This document shows, piece by piece, positions 24,701 through 29,251 of a stretch of 64,000 nucleotides of DNA. Both the position numbers and the translations under genes were made by a program. Every line of letters begins with the position of its first letter. The first letter of the stretch is position 1. The notes below the pieces were generated by a model, which was given only the letters and a program-made list of their open reading frames with translations, searched no databases and was not told the DNA's origin. The DNA is from a virus. The stretch is from the IMG/VR virus record IMGVR_UViG_3300035662_000018, positions 5,143-69,142 of that record. One strand, written 5' to 3'.

Positions 24701-27700
24701 TCTTGTAGATTTGTTGACGTGATTGGTTGAGGTTCTTTACCTGAAACTGCTTCAACATTGCGTGGAGCTTCAGTGACCTTTGCCTTTTCAGGTATTGGCG
24801 CTTCCATCTTTGAAACGTTGTAAGTACGCTCTTCTCCAAGGGCGTGATCAAACGTCACGATGTTTGTTTCACCGTTCTTTTTGTTTACATATATGTTGCC
24901 TGGCTGAACCTGTCGGTTTTTGCCGTTGTAGCTAAAGTTGATGAGGTTTCCTTCTCCACGAGCTTTCTTGATGGAGTTTTTCTTTTCCTCTAACGTTGAA
25001 CCTGCAAGATCGGACACACCGCCAGATGGATCTGCGTAGCGGCGGTACTTCTGCATTCTGTTGCCGCTTCGCACAGCTCCAGTCTCGCGGAAACCGTCTT
25101 TTGTTGCGTCGTACACAGCGTCTTCGCTGAACCAGTACGTGCTGTCGCCGTCTGTCATCTCGTATTGTGTAGGACCAGTTACGAGTTTTTCGTGTGTGAT
25201 GCCTTCAACGGCCTTCTTCATTGCTTCTACGTCAAACGGAGCCCTTGCTCCAGTAGGCGCTTCAGGCTCTTCTGGCGTAACTTCTTCCTTAGGCATATTC
25301 TTTTCGCGAATTGCCTGTGCATTTGGCATGTCAGCTTTAACAGCCTCGGCTGCCTTGGCAAGTGTGTCAGTTGTTGCGACACGCTTGTTGTCACCTTCAC
25401 CGATAAATATGCCTTTACGCCATACATCAAACTTGCTGTTTCCGTCGCTGTCAATGCTCTCAGTAATGCTGTGGTCTGAACCGTACTCGTCTGCTGGTGG
25501 AATGTGCGTCCACTCGTTTGGCTCTCCAAATTTTGTACCAGCGACTCGGGTTTCCCAGCCTTCAGGCGCAGTGCCTGGCTCTGTAGTCGCTGGCATAGGA
25601 GTGACTGGTCGCTCGAGTTCTTTTGTGGGTGCGCTGATTGCTTTCTTAGTTGCTGGTGTTTCAACTGTCACTGGCGCAGTTGGCTTGCCATCAGATTCCA
25701 TCTTTGCAGAATCCATGATGTAGTCAGTGGCGTTGTAGTCGCCGTCGGTTGCTTTGTCAATTGCGTTACGGAGGTTGTCCTCTGTGCCCGACATCTTGAC
25801 AGTGCCGTCGTCCATAAGCTTGGCTGTAACGCCTGGAGCAAACTCTTGTGTCCAAGCATCGAGGCCTTCTTGATCTACTGGGCCGTCTTCTGTTTGCCAG
25901 TTGAGGCGAACAGATTGTGTTGGTGCGGCAACACCGCCTGGCTCACGGCGAGGTTCATCTGGAGATGCAGGTGCTAGTGCTTTTCCAGGTGGAGTTGTTG
26001 GCGGCTTTCCAGGTCCAGAAGCTGATGGAACAACTGCGGTTCCTCGCTTGTTTTTTGCAAAAGAAACGTCTGATGTTTCTGATTTAACTACCTTTGCGTC
26101 TGTCCTAGGGTTGCCGTCAAGGTCGTCGTAAAACTCTGCAGTGCCGTCTTTTTTATAGATGTCTGAGACAGCGTCTCCACCATGAATTGCTGCAATCTTT
26201 CCATCTGACTCTTTTATCTCAAGAAGCTTCATTCCTGGCGTTGGATCAGCTTTATAGACGCCACTTTCAAGTTTGTCATCTACACTTGATGATTCATCGC
26301 CCATCTTTTCATGAGGACTTAGTCGTGGAATAAAGACACCGCGATCAAAGAACCATGGATCGTCTTTTGTTTTTACACCGCTGACAGTTGATTCTCTGTC
26401 GCCAAGCCAACCGTCTCCACCACGGCCCCATCTCGCAATGCGACCGTCCTCGTGACGAAGGTACACTGAACCTGGATCTAATGCAGTTCCGCGAGCACCA
26501 CTAGTTCCAGGCGTACGTGTTCTAAAGACAGTGTCAATCTTTCCAGACTCAAGCGCTTCGCGCACTGACTCTGGCATATCTTTTTCAATGTCTGGAGCGA
26601 TTGCGCGTGCAACCTCAAACATGTCACGTGATTTTTCTGGGCTAAGCTTAAATGCAGATACAGTTGTAGCTTTTTCATCTGCTAAACGCTTGTTCTCTGC
26701 ATCAACTAGTTTTTGAACAGAGTCAGGAACTACTGCAGGTGGGCGGTCGCCTGGAGCTTTCTTATCAAATGCTGACTTAAACTTATCTTCACCGATGTCT
26801 TCTTGAACAACATCAACACCCCAGCCACCCTTGCTGAGTGCCTTCTGACCTTCAGGAGAATTTAAGTACGTTTGATAGCTGTCCTGGTCCATAAGCGCCG
26901 CGCTCTCTGCACGGTCCCAGCCATCAATGTTATTGGCAATCATCTGGTTTCCAACTGCACGGCGCAGTGTTCCACGATTTACACCAGAAAAATCTGCCTC
27001 GCCTTTATCATTTGCAGGGACATCAAGACGGTAGCCGTCAGCTGTTGTAAACGAAACCATCTTTGGATCGCTACTTTGAACTTTCTTCCAAGCTGAAGGA
27101 GAGTCCATGCGCTTAAGCGCATTTGAGTCAATTGAATACTTTCGTTGCTCAGGATCAACTTCAACGTCGCGGTCGGGCAGACCTTTTAGCGCACTCTTTT
27201 TAAGAGTGGCTTTTGCTGCAATACCGCGGGAAGCAGGAACTGCGTACACTCCGTTTGGTACATATTTGTTGTCACGAACTTCAACTTCAACGTCGTCAAC
27301 ACCTGACTGACCGACAACCTTTCCAGTTACTCCCCGATGTGAACCATCTGGAAAGCGAACACTGAAGTTCCAGCTTCCACCTTGAAATGCAAATCGTCCT
27401 TTACGGTCACGGCGCTGCAAACGTGCGCGAGCAGAACGCGCAGCACGTGAGTTGCCGCCAAGGCCAAGGCCGAGTACAGCGATGATTGGTTCAAGATCAA
27501 CAGCAGCTGTGATTGGAACAAGACCTGGTCCCATAGCAGCAAGACGTGCAAATGCATGCCTGCGTTCAATCGAGCCTGGTTCAAGTGAGTGTGCTGAAGC
27601 TACAAGAGCACGAGCAGCTTCGCTGTTAATGTGCGTGTCTGCAGCAATCCATTGTGCACGAGCGTGGCGAAGTGCGGCCTCGTCCATCTTGTGAAACTTT

Positions 27701-28005
27701 GTTGAAAGCGGGTGACCGATAGAAAGAAGATCAGAGTTTTGCAGTGATGCGGTCGTAATTTTGTTTCTTGAGGCAAGTGAAACGAACGCAGAGACTGCAC
27801 GCAGTGCTCCATAGATACGAGCGTCTGCAGATCCAGTCGTGTTCTTACGAATTTCGCGCTCTGCTACTGTAAGTGCAGCACCGAACGAAACTTGTCGCTC
27901 TGGAAGAATGTTCTCGTTGGATTTTTCAACGAGACTCTGTACCTTATAGTAAAGACTGAGTTGCTGGATCTTACTAAGTTCTCTGCGCTTTTTTTCGTTT
28001 GACAT
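9730..28005 (-). CDS. Giant multi-domain (polyvalent) protein, 6091 aa
   Basis: Uninterrupted 18.3-kb ORF. Motifs: WYL-like x4, KTSC, ART-like, kinase-like (YVK..ENE..D.WL.N.D..N..RID.GG), DEDDh (FFDYESTG..FDL..HRADAD), SF1 helicase (AGTGKT, DEAQD, VGD.NQAIY.FRG, T.HQAKGLEWD, YVAVTRAK), two NUDIX boxes, VIP2-type ART (LYRA..FSSTS..ELEFVL). Confidence 0.9.
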   Translation of the reverse strand: MSNEKKRRELSKIQQLSLYYKVQSLVEKSNENILPERQVSFGAALTVAEREIRKNTTGSADARIYGALRAVSAFVSLASRNKITTASLQNSDLLSIGHPLSTKFHKMDEAALRHARAQWIAADTHINSEAARALVASAHSLEPGSIERRHAFARLAAMGPGLVPITAAVDLEPIIAVLGLGLGGNSRAARSARARLQRRDRKGRFAFQGGSWNFSVRFPDGSHRGVTGKVVGQSGVDDVEVEVRDNKYVPNGVYAVPASRGIAAKATLKKSALKGLPDRDVEVDPEQRKYSIDSNALKRMDSPSAWKKVQSSDPKMVSFTTADGYRLDVPANDKGEADFSGVNRGTLRRAVGNQMIANNIDGWDRAESAALMDQDSYQTYLNSPEGQKALSKGGWGVDVVQEDIGEDKFKSAFDKKAPGDRPPAVVPDSVQKLVDAENKRLADEKATTVSAFKLSPEKSRDMFEVARAIAPDIEKDMPESVREALESGKIDTVFRTRTPGTSGARGTALDPGSVYLRHEDGRIARWGRGGDGWLGDRESTVSGVKTKDDPWFFDRGVFIPRLSPHEKMGDESSSVDDKLESGVYKADPTPGMKLLEIKESDGKIAAIHGGDAVSDIYKKDGTAEFYDDLDGNPRTDAKVVKSETSDVSFAKNKRGTAVVPSASGPGKPPTTPPGKALAPASPDEPRREPGGVAAPTQSVRLNWQTEDGPVDQEGLDAWTQEFAPGVTAKLMDDGTVKMSGTEDNLRNAIDKATDGDYNATDYIMDSAKMESDGKPTAPVTVETPATKKAISAPTKELERPVTPMPATTEPGTAPEGWETRVAGTKFGEPNEWTHIPPADEYGSDHSITESIDSDGNSKFDVWRKGIFIGEGDNKRVATTDTLAKAAEAVKADMPNAQAIREKNMPKEEVTPEEPEAPTGARAPFDVEAMKKAVEGITHEKLVTGPTQYEMTDGDSTYWFSEDAVYDATKDGFRETGAVRSGNRMQKYRRYADPSGGVSDLAGSTLEEKKNSIKKARGEGNLINFSYNGKNRQVQPGNIYVNKKNGETNIVTFDHALGEERTYNVSKMEAPIPEKAKVTEAPRNVEAVSGKEPQPITSTNLQDVVADVQKAIDGQYPISFKYSGKNRVFTPERIYKNPKTGTTNVVGFSQTDGEDRTFIVDKMTPSDVAPAPVQAPAAIRDVIDLNPKEVNKIADIKKFVQDAIDNDQKLRFTYSGKDRVVTPKSVWQNGQTGRTNLKATDSDGTSKNFAWDKIVAPSEAPGITSMPPKDTFFEDEKFKDFLDERFGKDERSVEREARRQEKLKRQRERFREQLDDPDNWTFVPFGIPPVGGEWRYSGPMPDFDEYPELRSDYTSAIYDPPYDIYKLGPDGKRIIDPKLVEPPYDIYKLGPDGKRIIDPSLGEPLPWTNLPDEEYRIGPDGRLIPGEPPKWTNLPDGDFRIGPDGRLIPGEPPKIQLLRDESQPTLFAEPPEISPEIQRLVDAANDMRNTPTADLPAIIEKSIEEKKDVAFDFNDKLRVVTPEQIIENKAGKKQLKGFSKTDGEDRTFTIDKINKPAPDTNVKVDDIVNMPQDELDRLVDAAWPGGAQQPSAPEGQQTFRRIKTSASSSVEEMSFDPATGELLIKFKSRDGKGGGTYLYPNVNPADVDAIGKAESIGSAVGKFVKGRAFEKLNGKQEADWLASKIAAPVMPTIDGNPIEDYLGEEARTMRPLPDARPEVTDTAPSFERQLDLFYDADGSLNEAGKAYNESRAQKQEQAQVLEDEYGISDGQSTELPNGEAGTSFTVDVASEDETLDEVIGRFKEVFPDGDVNIVSPEGEGGGWPVVEFSVPEGSEEEFAKWYNGDADGSENVSGELTGPEDDGTFEGDTDEGEATAFDEEAFDSMFAAPDGAYKPNIFGVYRPKGRTTQESSDYTDDPAVLSRKFNTAQLAMSMTQGLMNADERNGMARLKFDAGMEDVPVEALLEALELTGLDKGVLLSGAYARLAKTPEQKTAANNATKNIQKVVEDTPYGKITSSNAAKINGMLGAPDYTANAVKLVKNHNETNPFIIKLAREIESSEDVDTIETESPEQGAKLIAKYIDWALSDDPEKQEAFRAFWGLQMAADGNDAGGINWDITDFYRGMVEEIARRTGDTFEDAGREVFVKEIVKKYGDYKDFAEGRQRISKGVDDLTADTSTAAMYRLVAESAIPNDVELQRRIYVQTDSKDFTDQTTVGNTIDIDPRSMSSIDQVADETDYGSTPSKEGQAKIIFSFAPGEIDAVRTRNYSWLPGEEEYFGYGTFTIERVEPIRERVYEVVLRRATPAEQAQPAEQVAPEQVAPAPAQASPTVPYYGDISGWKQVGGQSGSNEGGVYEDENGRQFYVKRAKSQSHAENEALASAFYRHFEIPSSEVGLATRDDQKDSEPGTYNPAAGSFGSDRIVTPMIPGTETLQSSRSDEAITSQLHDGFAIDAWLSNYDVIGLVYDNIVVDEQGNTYRIDPGGALKWRAQGKPKDWFGPEVGELDSMRDRDINQSAGSVFGKMTPEQIVESGRKLLNITPSQIDDIVDSVISDPTDREMLKDVLKRRRSNILDQLGIKDTTVDPFAERIPLTDSIGYEAQDLQPGDVIGDDSFVIERIFRDGDTPKNKVSVQGYFPGHESQRKEWNETTIIPAARGGTIPPKGDKPALHRPKAPRKPSPGAFNGKMAELLKDAKTWEEAAAIIRKTPIVFFDYESTGLPGPEKGGKNNPVQIGAIVALDGKVNARFSSYMNPEHELSDWSAKNLKQMDGSPVTEEWLATQPSMKEAHEQFLAFVNENVGGDVILGGQYTPFDLEILNRVLSENGLSLNIVGTIDSKDLAQGTLPKWNSKTKFGASQVSEKDGKRRASNSLGPIADFLQVQLPDWHRADADAEASWEITDAMLDRAIENPDTTPTTLLNVDGAFEAKQKELADYENEYAKYEADLAEYVAAKAIAAAWNCGGSGLTAAVGPANGPCSVPDVEKMVREATPLPIGEIDPEGVEGGSTSKPTSMADTQEIDNPKYDGVDTNDPYKDEPFMPTEEQRAILDAILSGNDVVVEALAGTGKTSTLLIAGKRKKKERPTERGVYIAFNKSAQLEAERKFAEAGLTNIEVVTNDAIAYRWASDEVKKKMQRLKKSNPLAYYKKFAEAFGITEFQGNNDETVSLFEATKFFKEVVNKFMISADDEIGEQHFIAAGWSGDVPNWMMATANNIWSDYQDPNGNAKINNTVVTKMWALSKPDLSKIGSGTKFANNFIFFDEAQDINPVSGKVIGEQPLQVVYVGDNNQAIYAFRGGENQLEKVDRAVQRLPLTKSFRFGENIAKEANKWLQLLGTDLRVIGAGSDPGTVVPTGSMLDTTNAILVRTNGGGFAAIADQLGRGRVVGVTKNYRGDLVSLTDTAEYLITGQNKPSQLHEDLAPFKSWSEVQKAIADELIDSKKLQIFADMVDAEGIPAIREMIDKLKLVKGSGEIRDMSEDDTQADVGDTAPGATGELGKGITYAVSGSYVSLSGNTYGNKDAIKETKRFKYNGVTKTWDAPFTSEADTFDLLNDLSTALGLKKAEPTEVDSGAIDVMITTVHQAKGLEWDYATMWNDFWGPRVDKVTGEVIMPEPTELKIAYVAVTRAKKMVDLGPLNWIDSFVKPEVPAAEEEEVSAPTPEPTTEGEGGGGVEEPPAPTPTPAEGGDNNEQIIKSVKQAVSDAEDILDDYADRSAKDEKNIKKFREAVKDALYAYSGELYVDTEEKFREAAEFLEPYSEVGAGDLQSLMLQAADAADAIRISKTAPKAAEPTAPEAAPAKALDPEWRPDDVAAPQGAMPTGVAEAPDDVLPDADAPKTAQQSAEEKNKAFRSDANKAADLQQKFDEFDEAVELVTGEDTSLMASDRKRVREAAAQVAEIRKALGEGTMSEQEALAQLNAILDKFPHKPADSATSIDNNFFRDMLEGIVEVLTGQYYWRPTGKSLPPLDAVDPSGRPVGYSRDGKTFITPGMRVRDKWGYSGTVEGYNEKDWINVYIRYDIDPRDPASVKKGNWGPGVARKSMNPSTLTVLNPEDDTDPWIDLPTTPASKKLPQDIVDKQKKDWAKLKAARDYEAAARQAELNGEPVPPMPAGLALMKPSADLVRESKKTKANISSYFDDSYDDQDIDDATNEFSLSKESKIVASDAVIITSDDNGTPMVLMISRLHGPFKGAHALPGGFRDAGESFGAAADREMMEEVGISSDQATSRTFLGEVDANDWDPRAYKGAYVGAVAYEVPRDTPLAAGDDATGARWITIPDIIKGTTPIAFGHATWLAEAFKGTKYEAPLRALVLASKERNARLINQINAIREQKGFPTFDVPTLEVWTPIYPEGGEQSGGDLPKADAPSGAPVSEAPTSKWNDYTISKGDDGVYYAENISSSDVQLLRNGTLTPPNLPFFAPLGGGNDQETGEGYYFASDGKRYWGRFGAEGALVRRKNKDGNYEYFLAKRSSNLSSGGGKWGFPGGAHTNKKMADTPTATAKEEFMEEVGGDISGLSPVFIHSGKPSPDWSYETVVFEVGPGELGDLSPKDGENSEVGWFTADEIMKMGSDGKLHSAFQDSAAVIFSEVEEKQNDNADDEEADAKKEAAIRSAEKSQKKLSTHKRLVEEYKSQGEPAKGFLGAIDVYQDESASVNITASQMVSPDPKDQERAADGFEDEFQLAEYVGIITDITDAINKVDPLSEDTLLYRAVKGYGGVGRAINELNVGDEFVNEGFSSTSLDKDKAMFILNIADENKGLLKMVAPAGTRGIYIDAAKDEKDELEFVLQRGTKFRVVGKGNEKHEYLGNVPVTFVEIVGQDPKPMNLLELGIPNIEPDITSKPEVVPAENKEQGSNETWTLTNISSELPRVIPGIVVTAAQTVVPVDEKGNVQSSYMFKYAGRPIVMIGINGVKVPFYMSTGAGGKKNVDAGKWYPIFGISPVNGWFNKGLTEQAISEYHNSPELRAVAEWLNGQFPDALKRKDLVEVDSEGQGNLEYLFEQVNESMPGTVTGYGGGQEQHQKNIDSVVKQIKTITESSVEVEAKDMYANMDEALRGFDPAFDLFAKSLEDNSSPDDDETRQAGAMFESAKSALTNTLAFYELNNKKESEEYEMLRDFEGDMRRFDDLDYTAFDRVRQLIASYRGILQRSASEDWRSDMAERDKKFIDETARQLFDAIQFYSSRSADVFVDGFNKGKQERLEKSGISPSGRPKVEKSPEKFPLTRSYVDGVPSLSEIVEYAVAKREDDGLLGKSALVDSTDIEDLDVHASTIITPDGERKLRLRFKLTPWAMLAQETKLQDAKALKTSDAGKWSEATPLLKRTQLTDTGDIVVDEEGRGFGRGTEWVYDAEDNNAKASITITSAQKIKGTAQIANSTYDDAPAAFHGQVVIDLPIDATLDDISEAMKTAGVNDVTSASSDDIDIVIENKLLSLFSNENDPANNVSSQALRASMLQKIKEDYGVTVDNVNLVPGKHGRINYVLPEGVAEQIASETGTEVFMHMVSIHHIIKKVNTKYGSEGSGFVKPAGSYFGNPFSGPEKPIIDEVAKTVVNLVTKGLISTVNRFNEGLPYSGMSENQDMATGGADYIYLSPHGYKFNEGHSLIKYDNDVKIWIDPKNVYSRTDLYANRNDKYGQRIIGANSISNSAPGGYETMLKHGIDVIAPGNIVELPPQFYGRVMEMLDDMGISEINGTPIADVIVNSGALKEKGQTKNTKSVEPEVTSAVESVGGNVNALTLGEVQALLLMSGAAHTYGYLPKDSKVIAAGWDAAGTVKKSDRSDVALNNGLTLPRLYVLHPNGAMYALEPEILAQSSGGATVSFMDSDWTNDVLGVITDDSKVHSILPFSGRVSVKDYNEYEEMDPEWLSFSGTAITVAGQKEAGLPVNNKSQNTFESYTKYIESILKATRAGKDNDEKVAMYSGQFSRLFSLFMSDIGDVVDSNGRSLRSVISENLLMIRNKILSLSPDKPLISAGNKRKDSRKLSKVDYDEFMVYKNYISLDDMGKAVIETIDGDTEGVIRPVYYVGVEPTVDENMNVVQTYVMVETDREGVGQYLLDKGTSLVVDPETNEMKFSSNGTQYMIRAPRPSDKKLAQERA
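23648..23931. repeat. Two intragenic tandem duplications (72-bp and 66-bp period)
   Basis: ttgggtggttcccctggaatcagtctcccgtcaggtccaatcctg at 23648 and 23720, and tcgggtcaataatccgttttccgtcaggtccaagcttgtaaatatcgtatggcgg twice. They encode RIGPDGRLIPGEPPK x2 and PPYDIYKLGPDGKRIIDP x2. Confidence 0.9.
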
Positions 28006-28007
28006 AT

Positions 28008-29237
28008 TTAGCTTTCAACTTGTGGTAGCAGGTCGGCATCTTCACTGTCGTATGTCATTACTGCGAGTTCACGAGCGCGGTCAAATCCGCTCTCGTTGTT
28101 GTCAACTCCACGCTTCCACGCTGCGCGCAGAGCAGGAATTACTTCATAACCAAGACCACTGTATTCTGCAAATTCTGTAATTGCATGTTCAGTTGTCTCG
28201 TATTCGTTCTGTGGGCGAAGCTCGATGTACAGCTCGTCTGCTGCCAGTGCACTGGCAACAATAGATGCCGTGGACTTTGGATGTGCTTGTGGAAGCAAGT
28301 CATTGTCTTGCTTGTAATTTGGATTTGATGGACGACCTGCGCTAAGCAAATGCAAATACGCATTTACGCGTGCCATCGCCCACTGATCACGAGTCTTGCC
28401 TGGTCGGTGCGAGCTTGAAAACGCGCCTGCGCCTCGGCGGTACACTGCCTTTAGTTGAGCAAGTGTTGCCTTACGACCAGCCTTAGCATCTTTGTTGTGC
28501 TCTTTAACTTTGTTCATCAACGCTGTTTCTGTTTTAGCTGAAAACTTAATGCTTCGTCCGCCTGCTGCAGATCCTTTTGGATTCTTTTTTGATCCTTTGA
28601 TTCTGTCTTTTTTAGGTGCAGGCTTTGACGCTGCTGCTAAGAATCCAAAATCATCGTAGGCTTCTTCATCGTCTCCAAAGCTGTCGTCCATGCCATCTTC
28701 ATAGACATATACTTCAACTTGTTCTTGCTCTGGCATTGCGACTAGCTTTCCACCAGTCTGCATTCCAGTGATTGCGCGCAACTGCCATGCCCACTTCTTA
28801 TGCATGTCATCACGTGTTGCTAAGAGATCGCAGATGCCCTGCTGGTTTGCTTCAGACGCGAGTCTAAATGACTCAAGAATACATTCATTGAGAATGTTGT
28901 TTGCCTCAAGAAGGTTAGCGCTCATTAGCACTGGATCATCAACCATGTCGTTGTCGGTGTTTTGAATCTTTGAAAACGAAGACATTGATGACAACGTTGC
29001 TGGCGAGTCGTAGCCAAGCTTAAGAATGCTTTCAGCAATTGGATCAACTGCGCCTTGTGCATCTGCGTAGATTTCACCAAACAACTCGTGAAACTCAGAA
29101 AAGTCCGGCCCTTTAACATTCCAATGAAATCCGATTGCCTTTGTGTAAAAAGCAAATGTCGTACCGAGGCAATGACCGAGGCTCATTGCGAGCTTGGCAT
29201 TGGCTTCTTGCGACTGGTTTGGGTTGTTCATAATCAT
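28008..29237 (-). CDS. Dps/ferritin-like domain fused to a basic C-terminal domain
   Basis: FHWNVKGPDFSEFHELFGEIY...DPIAESI...HKKWAWQL is the Dps signature. It is followed by an acidic linker, a K/R-rich segment and LKAVYRRGAGAF...WAMARVNAYL. Confidence 0.85.
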   Translation of the reverse strand: MIMNNPNQSQEANAKLAMSLGHCLGTTFAFYTKAIGFHWNVKGPDFSEFHELFGEIYADAQGAVDPIAESILKLGYDSPATLSSMSSFSKIQNTDNDMVDDPVLMSANLLEANNILNECILESFRLASEANQQGICDLLATRDDMHKKWAWQLRAITGMQTGGKLVAMPEQEQVEVYVYEDGMDDSFGDDEEAYDDFGFLAAASKPAPKKDRIKGSKKNPKGSAAGGRSIKFSAKTETALMNKVKEHNKDAKAGRKATLAQLKAVYRRGAGAFSSSHRPGKTRDQWAMARVNAYLHLLSAGRPSNPNYKQDNDLLPQAHPKSTASIVASALAADELYIELRPQNEYETTEHAITEFAEYSGLGYEVIPALRAAWKRGVDNNESGFDRARELAVMTYDSEDADLLPQVES

Positions 29238-29251
29238 AATGTTCTCTTTTG

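Noticed and set aside
9730-28005. Tape measure protein, or intein-containing gene, as the explanation for the giant ORF
   Set aside because: It lies in the head module and consists of globular enzyme motifs and acidic linkers rather than helical tape-measure repeats. No intein splice motifs were recognised.
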